NCBI GenBank assembly: GCA_965195285.1
Contig: CBDAFS010000020.1
Coordinates: 1 to 55,668, forward strand
DNA: 55,668 nt
DNA from: an uncultured Aminicenantes bacterium
Lineage (GTDB): Bacteria; Acidobacteriota; Aminicenantia; UBA2199
Reading direction: 5' to 3'
The translations under genes were made by a program, and so were the position numbers. Numbering within the stretch: position 1 is the stretch's first letter; each line of letters starts with the position of its first letter. This document shows, piece by piece, positions 37,737 through 48,777 of the stretch. Below the pieces are notes generated by a model. The model was given only the letters and a program-made list of their open reading frames with translations, searched no databases and was not told the origin of the DNA.

Positions 37737-39419
37737 TCAGGGCTCATTGACCACCACAATATTTTCAATACGGTCAACCGCCAGGGTGCTCATGGATTCG
37801 GGAACATTCAGCTTAATTCTGAAGGTAAAAGGACTGTTATTAACACCACCGGCAGCGGTAATCAACTGCACAAAATCAGATAAATTAAACACTCCCACAT
37901 GATCGCCACTGGCATTAACTCTGATTTCAGTACTGTCAATTTTCTGACTACATGATCCAATCACTGATAAAACGACCCCCTTTGAAGTAGGTGGCAATCC
38001 ATTCCAGGTTGATTCCCAGTTGGAGTTGGTAATCTGAAAATCAAATTTCACTTTACTGTCCAGGGCCAGATTTATCCAATTCAACGGTGGATCACCCGGT
38101 TGAGCTGGCCACGATCCTTGCCTGATCTGCACAATGACCACCCCACTATCGGCAGGATTCAATGACACGGTAACGGTTACCGTACCCTGCGGAGGATTGA
38201 GAGGATCGGTGGTACCGTCATTCACATTGACCTTGAAATTGAATGTACCGGGAGTGGTGGCGATACCGGACAGCACTCCCCCTGTATTCAGGTTAAGACC
38301 CGGAGGAAGTGTTTCACCGGCTGCCAGCTGCCAAAAGGGCACACCCAGGCCGCCGGACAACATTCCCGACAGATTGTAGGTGCAACCAATGCATTCTATA
38401 CAGGGAACACCCGTATTGGTGATTGTTAACATCGAAGCAGCCACCGTCAGAGAAAAAAGCTTCTCCGTGTTCGAACCTCCACCCTCGGAGAGCTTAACTT
38501 TAAGGACATATGCCCCGGCTACAGTCGGCGTACCACTGAGGATTCCGCTGGAGGAATTTAGTGAAAGGAAAGCCGGCCATGGAGTAGTAGTTGTATCAAT
38601 CTTATCCCAGGTGTAAGGAATTGTTCCGCCACAGGCCTCCAAAATATGACTATAGGGAACACCCACAATCCCGGAAGGTAGATGCTGCGGAGTGAGAATG
38701 GTTATCTTATCGGTGATTTTCAGCTTGAATTCCTTTTCGATGCGGAAAGTATCCCCCCGGGAATCGGTCACCCGGATTTTGAAGGTATAATCTCCCGGTG
38801 TAATCGGTGTTCCGGTCAATGTATTCTGGCGGCTGTTGTCCGGGCCTGGCACGGTAAAATTAAGGGGCAGAGCAGAAGGAACCCAGTCAATGGTTTTCCA
38901 GGTAAAGGGCGGCATGCCACCGCAGATATCAATAATTGCCGAATAGGTGGTTCCGGCACAGATGGGGGGAAGAAAAGAGGTAACAATGGAAAAGTCATTG
39001 ATATTTATGGTGAAGCTACCCTTGGATAAAACCGTAGAAGTGGCATCTACGGCTTCAACCTCAAATGTGAACACACCGATCGTTGTGGGAAACCCTGATA
39101 AAATACCGCTGTTTATATCCAGATTCAGACCCGTAGGAATACTGCCGGAACTCAACTGATACTGGGGAAAGGGGCTGAATCCATATGTACTATAGTAGGA
39201 ATTGAGATCATAATAATAATATTGATTGACGCATCCGTCAGGAGGGGGAGTTATTGAATATGACGCTCCTCCACCTACGCCACTGGTATCAAATACACAC
39301 CCCGGATAAATCACCAAGCCGTAAAAACATACAAGAATAAGGGCATAAAACGAAGGATCGGAAAACATTTTTCTTACTCTTTTTAAAAACCAATTCTTTG
39401 ATTTCATTTTAAACTCCAT
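37737..39419 (-). CDS. Secreted/anchored protein with four putative Ig (He_PIG/cadherin-like) domains
   Basis: Repeated GGxxPy.W...LP.GL.L.s.G.lSG.PT..G.y.F.v.v.D units; N-terminal hydrophobic segment. Confidence 0.8.
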   Translation of the reverse strand: MEFKMKSKNWFLKRVRKMFSDPSFYALILVCFYGLVIYPGCVFDTSGVGGGASYSITPPPDGCVNQYYYYDLNSYYSTYGFSPFPQYQLSSGSIPTGLNLDINSGILSGFPTTIGVFTFEVEAVDATSTVLSKGSFTININDFSIVTSFLPPICAGTTYSAIIDICGGMPPFTWKTIDWVPSALPLNFTVPGPDNSRQNTLTGTPITPGDYTFKIRVTDSRGDTFRIEKEFKLKITDKITILTPQHLPSGIVGVPYSHILEACGGTIPYTWDKIDTTTTPWPAFLSLNSSSGILSGTPTVAGAYVLKVKLSEGGGSNTEKLFSLTVAASMLTITNTGVPCIECIGCTYNLSGMLSGGLGVPFWQLAAGETLPPGLNLNTGGVLSGIATTPGTFNFKVNVNDGTTDPLNPPQGTVTVTVSLNPADSGVVIVQIRQGSWPAQPGDPPLNWINLALDSKVKFDFQITNSNWESTWNGLPPTSKGVVLSVIGSCSQKIDSTEIRVNASGDHVGVFNLSDFVQLITAAGGVNNSPFTFRIKLNVPESMSTLAVDRIENIVVVNEP

Positions 39420-39471
39420 TTATAAAATTAATATCATTGTCAACCCGGTATTCAGGATTTTTACTTCACCT

Positions 39472-42400
39472 TTAAAAACAGAAAATCATTACCACTCCCA
39501 GAACCCGGGCCTTGATCATGATTTTATCATTGGCCCGGGTGACAGGAATTTGAAACCGTTGTGAATAACTCCCGTTCAGATGATCCTGAACCGTCTCAAC
39601 AAAACGTGCACCCTTTATAAAAAAAGAAATTTGGTCTGCAAATCCGGGGCCGAGATAATTTTTCAGTGCATCACGGGGAGTAATGGTCACCTGATATTCC
39701 CGGACACCCGGTATATCACTCTCCAGCAGTTTCAATTTGATAATCGTGTACGCCTCCTCCGGCTTCACCCGGAGGTATTTCTGAATCACCTTTTCCCTCC
39801 GGAAATTCTGCCCGGAAGCAGTGGTTCCCTCGGCCATGATATCAAAAACATAGGTTCCGGGAATGCGGGTTGAGGAAATGATGGAGGTATATATTCTGTC
39901 ATTGGCCTTGAGATCCCCGTTGGTGCCGTCATCATGAAAAATAAAAAAAGTTTTTTCCGGATCGGGTGAAAATGGTTCCTGTAACTTTTCCTGCAGTAAC
40001 AGGGCCTTTCGCTGAATATTGGATAGGGAATCGTTTTTTTTCGATTCCGGTATACTCCCCAACTGATTGGGCCTGATTCGATTTTTGGCCATCCAGTTAC
40101 TGCTGAATTGCCGGGGCCTCTGAACCATCACTTTTATATTAGCAGGAAGTGGCTTTTTCCCCTCCAGAACAACAACCTGAAGGCCAATATTCCTGCCGGC
40201 ATAATAGGATACCCGATTAAATTCCGGGATTAATTTGAGTTTGGAATCCATCAAAACCCCATAGAAATAGGTTTCACCCAGATCCGACTCAATCTCTCTG
40301 CCAATCAGCTCTATGGTCCACTGACCTGCTCTATTCATGGTTTTTAAAAATTCTTCTTCTATATGATAAAGCTGGTAAGTTGGTCTTGAGATATGGGTAA
40401 CACCGGAAAGGGTGATGGCATTTGCCGGATCAATGATATTACCGTCAGGTGTATGAAGCAAAAAATCAATGCATTTTTGATTTGGCGTTGACCAGGATAG
40501 ATCAAAGGTTATATCCCGGTCATGATCCGTGATCCATATTTCATGACGTATTTTCTGATCTTTTTTGATTTGACCGGAAGGATCACATTCAGCCTCCAGT
40601 CCTAACAAAGACTGGATAATGGTTTTAAACCAGCTCATGAGATTCAGATGGGTGGAAGTAGTGGCATCCCGGAACTCCCCTCCGGTGGTGGTGGCAATAT
40701 TCGCCAATCTGGAAAGGTCTACCTGTACGGCAGTACCGATCCCTACTGTATAGACCGGATCAGTAAAGCTGGACAGGAAACCAGCCGGAAAATTAAAGCT
40801 GGGACAGTTGTGATAGCCGTCACTGGACAGCAGGAGCATCTTTGTGGCTGTGGTCGAGCTGAGCAATCCCTTGGCCAGGGTTAATCCCTCAACCATGGGG
40901 GTACCCCCTCCGGCTACCAGCCCCGGGATTATGGTGTTGATGGCATTTAAACGGTTGCTGTCATTGAGGGGCCACAGGGTTCCGGTGCCGGGAATGATGT
41001 TTGTGGCCGAAGGACAGGGAATACTTGAATTTGGAAAAGTCACCAGTCCGAAGTAGACATCGCTGGGATTTCTCAAATTAAAACGGTCCAGAAAATTGGA
41101 AATGGCCTGACCGGCTTTATACAGCCTTGAATCCCCGAGTACAACCGAAGGCGTGCCATTTTCTTGCCAGCTCATGCTGCCGGAAACATCCAGTACCAGA
41201 ACAATTTCTTTGGGGGAAGGTGAGGTGGTAACTGTGGGATCAAACTTAAGATAATAAATCTCCGGGTTTATTACCGTCTCAAATTGCGCCATATAAACAA
41301 CATGAAGCAAGGATACGCTATCAGCGATAATCGAACCCCGGCACCCTTTTCTGGAGATCCGGACATCATCTCCCCAGAAAGCAGTTTTCTTTTTATAATA
41401 CAGGGAAAACTGATTCCAGCCTGCCCCACCCAGATAACGACCGTCCTGCCAGATCACATGCAGCTGCCCCGATGAGTCAACCGCTACCCGGGGATTTTTG
41501 GAAGGAGAAGCCTCACTGGTTAAACGCCCTTCCGAACCCCAGGAGCTGGAAGACGCAGACCATTTGAGATAGTAAATCTCAAAATTACCGTCCCGATCAT
41601 CTTCCCAGACCAGATGAAGATTACCCGATGAATCCGAACACAGATAGGGTTTGAGAGAATCAGAAGAGAGTGCAAAGCTCAAACGGGTGTCGGTAGTCCA
41701 GCTTCCGGCAGCCGGCTTTTTTTTGTAATAAATTTCAAAATAGGTGGGCCCGGTTGTATCTCGACTGTCAGCCCAGGCCACCTGAAGGGTATCCGAGGAA
41801 TCCACAATGATATTGGGTGTTTTTTTCTCCGAGAGAACGGTTGTGAGTTGCTGGCTGATTCCCCAGCCCGTAAGCGGAATATATTTCCGGTAAAAAATCT
41901 GCTGATTGCCGGCAATGAGACGCTTCCATACTGCATGGATGTTATCACTGCTATCCACAGCAAGTACGGGATTAATTTCCGAGACCCCGCCGTCTCCCAG
42001 CATGGTAGGTATAGAATCCCAGCTGCTGGTGGTAGCCGTATACGTTAACACCTCTGCCTGCTGGGTGGTTATGTTTTCATAATAAACAAACAGATTCCCG
42101 CCGGAATCCATCACTATTCCGGGTGTTGCTTTATCCTGGCTTTCTATAATGGGATTATTCTCATTATCTACTCCGATCATTACCTCAAATGTCAACCGGG
42201 TATCAAGCCCCCAGCCTGTTCCCGCCGAATACTTCTTATAATACACTTCGGAGATAGAACCGCTGTGATCACGGTTATCAAGCCAGACAACATGAATATT
42301 ACCGGAAACATCCTTGACCATGGCCATTTGATTGGAAGGAGAGGTCGTCGAAGTCCATATATTGTTGGTCAATCGAACTTCGGGAATCCATTCGGCTTGA

Positions 42401-42486
42401 ACCGGTAAATTCGCCAACATTAGTCCTACCACCAAAACCACGACATATAGAATTGAACACAATGAGTACCTGACAGTTTTAACCAT
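39472..42486 (-). CDS. Secreted beta-propeller, vWA-domain and C-terminal beta-sandwich protein
   Basis: Signal peptide; repeated DssGnlHvvW.D.R...eIyY blades; MIDAS LDVSGSM, GGTP, LSSDG; DDGTNGD..ANDRIYT motif. Start set at ATG 42486 (GGAGGTGA RBS). Confidence 0.85.
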   Translation of the reverse strand: MVKTVRYSLCSILYVVVLVVGLMLANLPVQAEWIPEVRLTNNIWTSTTSPSNQMAMVKDVSGNIHVVWLDNRDHSGSISEVYYKKYSAGTGWGLDTRLTFEVMIGVDNENNPIIESQDKATPGIVMDSGGNLFVYYENITTQQAEVLTYTATTSSWDSIPTMLGDGGVSEINPVLAVDSSDNIHAVWKRLIAGNQQIFYRKYIPLTGWGISQQLTTVLSEKKTPNIIVDSSDTLQVAWADSRDTTGPTYFEIYYKKKPAAGSWTTDTRLSFALSSDSLKPYLCSDSSGNLHLVWEDDRDGNFEIYYLKWSASSSSWGSEGRLTSEASPSKNPRVAVDSSGQLHVIWQDGRYLGGAGWNQFSLYYKKKTAFWGDDVRISRKGCRGSIIADSVSLLHVVYMAQFETVINPEIYYLKFDPTVTTSPSPKEIVLVLDVSGSMSWQENGTPSVVLGDSRLYKAGQAISNFLDRFNLRNPSDVYFGLVTFPNSSIPCPSATNIIPGTGTLWPLNDSNRLNAINTIIPGLVAGGGTPMVEGLTLAKGLLSSTTATKMLLLSSDGYHNCPSFNFPAGFLSSFTDPVYTVGIGTAVQVDLSRLANIATTTGGEFRDATTSTHLNLMSWFKTIIQSLLGLEAECDPSGQIKKDQKIRHEIWITDHDRDITFDLSWSTPNQKCIDFLLHTPDGNIIDPANAITLSGVTHISRPTYQLYHIEEEFLKTMNRAGQWTIELIGREIESDLGETYFYGVLMDSKLKLIPEFNRVSYYAGRNIGLQVVVLEGKKPLPANIKVMVQRPRQFSSNWMAKNRIRPNQLGSIPESKKNDSLSNIQRKALLLQEKLQEPFSPDPEKTFFIFHDDGTNGDLKANDRIYTSIISSTRIPGTYVFDIMAEGTTASGQNFRREKVIQKYLRVKPEEAYTIIKLKLLESDIPGVREYQVTITPRDALKNYLGPGFADQISFFIKGARFVETVQDHLNGSYSQRFQIPVTRANDKIMIKARVLGVVMIFCF

Positions 42487-42777
42487 AAATATCACCTCCG
42501 ATATTTTCAACAGAATCTCCTTCCTTCTCCCTGTCACCCGACCCGAGCAATAGTGATCATTTTAACATTAATCAAAATATGTTTTGATGTCAACAAAATA
42601 AAGATAAAAATTCAAAATAAAAAAAGGGATAAGTGGCAGGCCTGATCGCGGGTTTTCGCAATTTAATTGCATCCGGCCATTGACAATTATTATTGAGTTG
42701 CCAATAATATGGGTATTTCAAATTGATTATTGAGAAAATTAAATGTCGGAACTTTAAGCGAAAAATCCGGAGGAACT

Positions 42778-43659
42778 ATGACAAATTCGAGAAAAATATT
42801 TATGACCGGAAAACCCATATCCGAGGGCAGCGGAGGCAAACTCAGTCACTGGATGGTATTATTGATCAGCCAGCTCTGTTTCGGAATCGCCATCACCTGG
42901 CTCTACCTGTGCATGAGGGGCATCATGCACCTTGGCGGATTCGTGGCTTCGGGCGGCCCCTACCACATCGCCCACCAGGCACCGGATTGGGTTTGGATGA
43001 TGCCGGTATCCATTTTCCTGGGTTTAATTGCGGTGTTTGCCTCCTTTGCGGCCACCAAACGCATCGGAGGACCCAACCTGATGGCACTGGCCTGGTCTGC
43101 CCTGTTCTTATCTTTAGGCTGGAATTTTGTGGAATTCGGTTTTAACCCTCCCGTGGGAGAGGGTCCGGTCTGGGCCTGGATCATCTGCGCTATTTTCTTC
43201 ATACCCATGGGAGCCATCCCGCTTCTGATTATCTTCTCCAGTGTGCGTGCTTCTTTTCGCACCCGCAGGGAAAAGCAAGGTCTCTATGAAACAGATGGAG
43301 AGAGCCGACAAAAAAAGGTAAAATGGGGACCTTCACTCCTGTTGCAACTCATTGCAGTGGGATTGGGTATTTATCTGGGAATCGGTTTTTTCAACACTCA
43401 GGCAAATCCCCAAAGGTCTGATTCCAAAACCGTTAAGAAGGAGACATCCAGGAAAAGTTTACCGAAAAAATCTCAATACCATGGCACCTCAGTGGAATTT
43501 CAGAATAAAGGCAGGATACTGACCCTGATGGCCCTACCCGACGGCAGCTGGGACATTGTATTTGAAGAAGAGGTCTACGAGCGAATCAGCGAATTGCCCA
43601 AAGATATTCAACGACTCTTTAAGAAGTCCCTGGAAAACGTGAAGAGATTGAAAAAATAG
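42778..43659 (+). CDS. Hypothetical multi-TM membrane protein
   Basis: GGAGG RBS before ATG 42778; about 5 TMs; TTGACA upstream at 42680. Confidence 0.7.
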   Translation: MTNSRKIFMTGKPISEGSGGKLSHWMVLLISQLCFGIAITWLYLCMRGIMHLGGFVASGGPYHIAHQAPDWVWMMPVSIFLGLIAVFASFAATKRIGGPNLMALAWSALFLSLGWNFVEFGFNPPVGEGPVWAWIICAIFFIPMGAIPLLIIFSSVRASFRTRREKQGLYETDGESRQKKVKWGPSLLLQLIAVGLGIYLGIGFFNTQANPQRSDSKTVKKETSRKSLPKKSQYHGTSVEFQNKGRILTLMALPDGSWDIVFEEEVYERISELPKDIQRLFKKSLENVKRLKK

Positions 43660-43683
43660 TTTTTTCAATACCCGACTGAAGGG

Positions 43684-45120
43684 TCATAACCATTTTTTGA
43701 TATCACGGGAAGCGGTGATAACGGCCTGGGTAGTATATCGTTCATGGTTTTTTTCAATATCAGAAAGCTTATAGTAATAATTGACCATGATGCCAACCGA
43801 CTGTTTCAAGCCCTTTTCCGAGATGTCTCCCAGCCAGTTCAGGCGCTCGATCCGGGCTCCGTTGGACAGGTGAAAATTGGCCACCGGGTCCAGGGCTTTA
43901 TTATCCTTTTTTTCATTCAAGAGGTAATGTGCACCCAGCCTCATCAATATGGGCTTTAGAACAGATGATATTTCCGCATTTTTTATCCATATCCAGCTGG
44001 AATTCAACCACTCGAACAGCCCCCGGGCTGCATTTTGATTACCGGTCCGGTCTTTCAACCAGTCAATCTCAGAATTTTTGAACAGGGTTTCATCACCGCT
44101 CAGCAGTAGCGGATCCAACCACTTTCGGAAAAGGGGCAGCGGTGACAGGGTGGCGAAATGCTGCAGATTCTTTAGTTTTTTTTTCAGCTCTTCCACCACT
44201 CGTTTGATCAGAAAATTCCCCAGGTTGATACCGGCCAGCCCTTTCTGGGTGTTGGAAATAGAGTAAAAAATGGCGGTATCTGCATCTTCGGGCTCAATGG
44301 TAGATGCGGTGATATCCAGTAATTCCTGAATATTGCCGGACATTTCATCTACCAGAGCCACCTCCACAAATATGAGGGGTTCATCCGGCACCTTGTTATG
44401 AAAAAAAGCAAAACACTGGCGATCTGAATCAAGCCGGTTTTTTAAATCCTCCCAGGATTGAATTTCATGGACCGATTCATACTCGATCAATTTTTCCAGC
44501 AGCGAAGCTGGTAAATCCCAGGTGATCTCCCTGAGATCTAACAAACCGATATCAAACCAGGAGGCGAGAATATTCTTCAGGTCGGTATCCAGTTTATTCA
44601 AACACGGATCCTGCTTTCGAATCGGAATCAATTCGGCCCTGAAATCAATCAAAAACTTGAATCCATTAGGCAGAGAATTAAACTGTTTCAGTAACTTGAC
44701 CCGGGGAGGAACCAGGGCATCAGACAGCTCTATTTCAGCCTTTACTCTTTGCGCCTCATCTGCTGCGTTCCTGAGTCTATTGCGGATACTCTCCATTTTT
44801 TGATTGTCCACATCAAATTCCCGGGCCAGGATCATGATGACTTTTTTTCTGCCTTTTCGGGAAAGCTTCAGATAAATTTCACCCAGTTCAACCGATTTGG
44901 TTCGGCTTGCCATTTCTCCGCCCCGGCCATAAATGCAGTCATGAATCTGTTGCTTTAAGAAGGTTTCATCGGTTCTGGAGAGATCCGGGTCCACCCTACC
45001 GGTGACCTTTCGGCGGACCAGGCTAAAAACTTTTTCCCATGTCTTGCAAATTCCATCCAGGGTCTGCCGGCTGAAATCAGTTAAGGATTTTTGCTTTTTT
45101 TTATCGTTGATTTTGCCCAT
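43684..45120 (-). CDS. Malonyl-CoA decarboxylase
   Basis: YESVHEIQSWEDLKNRL, EPLIFVEVAL, AIFYSISNTQKGL.GI.LGNFLIK, DPVANFHLSNGA. Confidence 0.95.
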   Translation of the reverse strand: MGKINDKKKQKSLTDFSRQTLDGICKTWEKVFSLVRRKVTGRVDPDLSRTDETFLKQQIHDCIYGRGGEMASRTKSVELGEIYLKLSRKGRKKVIMILAREFDVDNQKMESIRNRLRNAADEAQRVKAEIELSDALVPPRVKLLKQFNSLPNGFKFLIDFRAELIPIRKQDPCLNKLDTDLKNILASWFDIGLLDLREITWDLPASLLEKLIEYESVHEIQSWEDLKNRLDSDRQCFAFFHNKVPDEPLIFVEVALVDEMSGNIQELLDITASTIEPEDADTAIFYSISNTQKGLAGINLGNFLIKRVVEELKKKLKNLQHFATLSPLPLFRKWLDPLLLSGDETLFKNSEIDWLKDRTGNQNAARGLFEWLNSSWIWIKNAEISSVLKPILMRLGAHYLLNEKKDNKALDPVANFHLSNGARIERLNWLGDISEKGLKQSVGIMVNYYYKLSDIEKNHERYTTQAVITASRDIKKWL

Positions 45121-45128
45121 ATGTTAAT

Positions 45129-45156
45129 ATTATAAGTTAATTCCTCAATATATCAA
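45129..45156 (-). promoter_or_regulatory. Sigma70-type promoter of the malonyl-CoA decarboxylase gene
   Basis: TTGATA, 16 bp, TATAAT; ATG 8 nt downstream with no SD. Confidence 0.6.
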
Positions 45157-45303
45157 TACGGAAAATCCGGTCCCCTCCGATAGGTTTCTAAATGTAAAGG
45201 CCTGGCACCACTTCTGTAAAATTGATAAAATATTCTCAATAGCTTAATATATATTTTTATATTAACTCGAATCCGCTGCCTTTAAAGGAAAATCGTTAAT
45301 ACC

Positions 45304-45870
45304 ATGAAGTTAACCACCCGGAAAGAAAAATCTGCACTGATCGCCGTATTAACAATCAACCTTATCCTATTCGGTTTGGAATTCATCACCGGGTTCATTT
45401 CCAGATCCATGGGACTCGTGAGCGACTCCCTGGATATGTTAGCCGATAGCATTGTCTACGGATTGAGTCTTTATGCAGTGGCCCATGCCGTTTCAAAAAA
45501 GAAAAAAATTGCCAGGATCAGTGCTTATTTTCAATTTTTCCTGGCCATTGCCGGATTTACCGAGGTGATCCGGCGTTTTCTGGGATTTGAAAAAATACCG
45601 GTTTTTCAAACCATGATCGTGGTTTCGGTTATAGCCCTTCTGGGGAATGCTGCCTGCCTCATTATCCTGCATAAGCGGAAGGACAGCGGGGCCCACATGA
45701 AGGCCAGCTGGATCTTCACCTCCAATGATGTCATCGTGAATCTCGGGGTTATTTTTGCCGGTATCCTGGTTTACCTGACTTCATCGAACAAGCCCGATCT
45801 GATAATCGGCAGCATTGTATTCCTCCTAGTCGCCCGTGGAGCCTATCGAATATACAACCTGTCAAAATAA
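45304..45870 (+). CDS. Cation diffusion facilitator (CDF) transporter, membrane domain only
   Basis: GLVSDSLDMLAD and HMKASWIFTSNDV. Confidence 0.85.
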   Translation: MKLTTRKEKSALIAVLTINLILFGLEFITGFISRSMGLVSDSLDMLADSIVYGLSLYAVAHAVSKKKKIARISAYFQFFLAIAGFTEVIRRFLGFEKIPVFQTMIVVSVIALLGNAACLIILHKRKDSGAHMKASWIFTSNDVIVNLGVIFAGILVYLTSSNKPDLIIGSIVFLLVARGAYRIYNLSK

Positions 45871-45902
45871 ATAGTAAAATTAAATTGAGGTGATTTGTAA
45901 GC

Positions 45903-46682
45903 CTATTTGCCTTTGAATTTGGGTTCGCGTTTTTCCAGGAAGGAGGCTACGCCCTCTTTTTTATCTTCGGTCCCGCAAGAAAGTGCATGCAGATAGGATT
46001 CATGGGCCAGTCGGTCAGCCATGGATCCTTCACCGAACTTGAGTACGGCTTCCTTGGCATACTGAATGGCCAACTTGGGCAGGGCAATTATCATGTCAGC
46101 TAGTTCACGGGTTTCTTCCATCAGTTTCTCCGGTTCAGTTACCCGGTTTACCAGGCCCATTGCCAGGGCGTCTTCGGCAATTACCGGACCCCCGGTCAAA
46201 ATCATCTCCATGGCCCGCCCCATGCCCACCAGCCGGGGCAGGCGAAAACTACCGCCGGCACCGGGAATAATACCCAGCTTAACCTCGGGCTGACCCATCC
46301 GGGCCTTTGAGCTGGCTACCCTCAGGGTACAGGCCATGGCCAGTTCCAGTCCGGTACCCAGGGCCCAGCCGTTGATTGCCGCTATTGAGGGAATCTCCAG
46401 TTGCTCCAGCCGGGTATAGACTTCCTGTCGTCTCCGGGTTTCGGTCCGGCCCGACCGGGTATCACGCTGGTTCAGCTCGTTGATATCCGCACCGGCCACA
46501 AAAGCTTTGTCCCCACTGCCGGTTATAATGAGCACCCGCAGTTCCGGATTGACTTCAATCTGACCCAGAGCAGCATCGATTTCCTCCACCGTGGCATTGG
46601 TAACAGCATTGCGCCGGTCCGGCCGGTTGATGGTAAGAGTGGCAATGGACCCCTCTATTTCCAGCAATATGTTTTCAAACAT
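45903..46682 (-). CDS. crt: Enoyl-CoA hydratase (crotonase)
   Basis: KAFVAGADI, AAINGWALG.GLELA, GQPEVKLGIIPG. Confidence 0.92.
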   Translation of the reverse strand: MFENILLEIEGSIATLTINRPDRRNAVTNATVEEIDAALGQIEVNPELRVLIITGSGDKAFVAGADINELNQRDTRSGRTETRRRQEVYTRLEQLEIPSIAAINGWALGTGLELAMACTLRVASSKARMGQPEVKLGIIPGAGGSFRLPRLVGMGRAMEMILTGGPVIAEDALAMGLVNRVTEPEKLMEETRELADMIIALPKLAIQYAKEAVLKFGEGSMADRLAHESYLHALSCGTEDKKEGVASFLEKREPKFKGK

Positions 46683-46687
46683 TCGGA

Positions 46688-47545
46688 TTATTCTCCATAA
46701 TCGTAAAAACCCTTTCCTGTTTTTCGGCCCAGTTTTCCCTCCTCGATCATTTTATCAATGATGGGTGGATGCTGGTAGCGTGAATCACCCAGAACCGACC
46801 GCAGGGTCTGCATTTTGGCCCGGTGAACATCAAGGCCGATAAAATCAATCAACTGCAAAGGACCCATGGGATGATTGGCTCCCAGGGTCATGGCTTTGTC
46901 AATGGCTTCCGGGTCAGCCACACCGGATTCCACCATCCAGGTTGCCTCGTTCAATAACTGACCCAGAATCCGGCTGACAATTCCGGCCGGGGCTTCAGTC
47001 TTACATACCACCGGCCCCTTGCCTAACTGCAGGGCAAATGCCTCGGCCGCCTTTAAAGTGGCTTCCGACGTGTGCTTGCCGGGCATGATTTCCACCAATT
47101 TCATGATTACCGGGGGATTAAAGAAATGCATCTGAACTACTTTATCAGGCCGATTGGTGGCCTCGGCCATGGCCGTAATGGACAGAGAAGTGGTATTGGT
47201 GGCCAGGATAACCTCGGGCCGAGCCATCTCATCCAGCTGGGCAAAGATCTTTTTCTTGATCTCCAGGTTCTCGACCACGCTTTCGATCACCAGGTCTACC
47301 TGGCTGGCAACCGAAAGATCTCCGGCCGTGGAAATTTTGGCCAATACCGCCTGCATGTCATCCTGGGTTATTTTCCCTTTTTCCACTCTTTTGGATAATC
47401 CTTTTTCAAGCCGAGCCTTGCCTTTATCGGCCAGCTCCTGATTCATATCGGTTATGATGGCTTCAATTCCGTTTTGGGCGCATAACTGGGCAATCCCGGC
47501 GCCCATGGTGCCGGATCCCACCACCAGTACTTTTTTTATATCCAT
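46688..47545 (-). CDS. hbd: 3-hydroxybutyryl/3-hydroxyacyl-CoA dehydrogenase
   Basis: GSGTMGAGIA, ATNTTSL, MHFFNP, PMGPL, LGRKTGKGFY. Confidence 0.92.
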   Translation of the reverse strand: MDIKKVLVVGSGTMGAGIAQLCAQNGIEAIITDMNQELADKGKARLEKGLSKRVEKGKITQDDMQAVLAKISTAGDLSVASQVDLVIESVVENLEIKKKIFAQLDEMARPEVILATNTTSLSITAMAEATNRPDKVVQMHFFNPPVIMKLVEIMPGKHTSEATLKAAEAFALQLGKGPVVCKTEAPAGIVSRILGQLLNEATWMVESGVADPEAIDKAMTLGANHPMGPLQLIDFIGLDVHRAKMQTLRSVLGDSRYQHPPIIDKMIEEGKLGRKTGKGFYDYGE

Positions 47546-47558
47546 AAGTCAACCTCCT

Positions 47559-48746
47559 TTAATTAAGCCGTTCTACCACAGCTGCCACTCCATTGCCGCC
47601 GCCGATGCAGAGACTGACCAGACCCAGGGTGACATCCCGCTGCTTCATGGCATACAGCAGGGTGGTCAATATTTTTGAACCGGTCGCGGCCACCGGATGA
47701 CCCAGAGCAATGGCTCCGCCATTGACATTTACTTTGTCTCTGTCCAGATCCAATTCACGCTCACAGCCGATATACTGAGCGGCAAAGGCTTCATTCAGCT
47801 CGATGAGTTCGATATCATTCAAGCTGAGACCGGCCTGTTTCAGTGCCGCCGGTATGGCCTTTACCGGAGAGAGCCCGAAGTATTTGGGATCCACACCGAC
47901 AAAAGCATAACCCCTCAAAAGCGCCATGGGCTTCAATCCCAGACTGTTGGCTTTTTCCCGATCCATCAGCACCTGGGCAGCCGCGGCATCGCACAGGGCA
48001 CAGGCATTTCCTGCGGTTATGGTACCGCCATCTCTTTTAAATACGGCGGGAAGACCGGATAAAAACTCGGGGGTTAGTCCCTCCCGGTAAATCTCTTCAA
48101 AATCAAATACAGTCACTTTCCCCTTTCTTCCCTTGACCTCATAAGGTACAATCTCCTCTTTGAATAGGCCTGCTTTCACAGCGGCTTCGGCCTTATTCTG
48201 AGAATGGGCTGCAAAAGCATCCTGCTCTTCCCGGCTGATTCCCTTTTCCTGGACCAGGTTTTCGGTGATCTCACCCATCAAACCGTTGCCCAGGGGGCAT
48301 AAAAAACCATCATGATGCAGCAGGTCCAGTAATTCTCCTTTTCCCATCCGATATCCCCAGCGGGCTTTGGCCAGGGCATAGGGGACCTGATTCGAACTTT
48401 CAATCCCACCCACAAGGGCGGTATCAATATCACCGGCCTTAATGGCCTGGGCGCCGAAAATCAGGGCCTGAATACTGGAACCGCAGCGTACATTGATGCT
48501 GACCGCAGGTGTTTCCACCGGTACGCCTCCCCAGACCGAAGCCAGTCTAGCCGGATTGGGACCGATCCCGGCCTGCCAGGCATTCCCCAATATGGTCTGT
48601 TCGATTGTATCCGCAGAAATACCGGAACGACTGATGACTTCTTTTATAACTGTGGCACCCAGTTTGGGTGCACTCTCATTTTGCAAACTCCCGCCGTACT
48701 TACCACCGGCTGTACGACCAGACCCGAGTATTACGATCTCTTTCAT
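47559..48746 (-). CDS. Acetyl-CoA C-acyltransferase (thiolase)
   Basis: [30 protein letters not shown]; start at ATG 48746 with AGGAGG. Confidence 0.95.
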   Translation of the reverse strand: MKEIVILGSGRTAGGKYGGSLQNESAPKLGATVIKEVISRSGISADTIEQTILGNAWQAGIGPNPARLASVWGGVPVETPAVSINVRCGSSIQALIFGAQAIKAGDIDTALVGGIESSNQVPYALAKARWGYRMGKGELLDLLHHDGFLCPLGNGLMGEITENLVQEKGISREEQDAFAAHSQNKAEAAVKAGLFKEEIVPYEVKGRKGKVTVFDFEEIYREGLTPEFLSGLPAVFKRDGGTITAGNACALCDAAAAQVLMDREKANSLGLKPMALLRGYAFVGVDPKYFGLSPVKAIPAALKQAGLSLNDIELIELNEAFAAQYIGCERELDLDRDKVNVNGGAIALGHPVAATGSKILTTLLYAMKQRDVTLGLVSLCIGGGNGVAAVVERLN

Positions 48747-48777
48747 TAAATCCTCCTTTTTTGATTGGTTGAATCGA

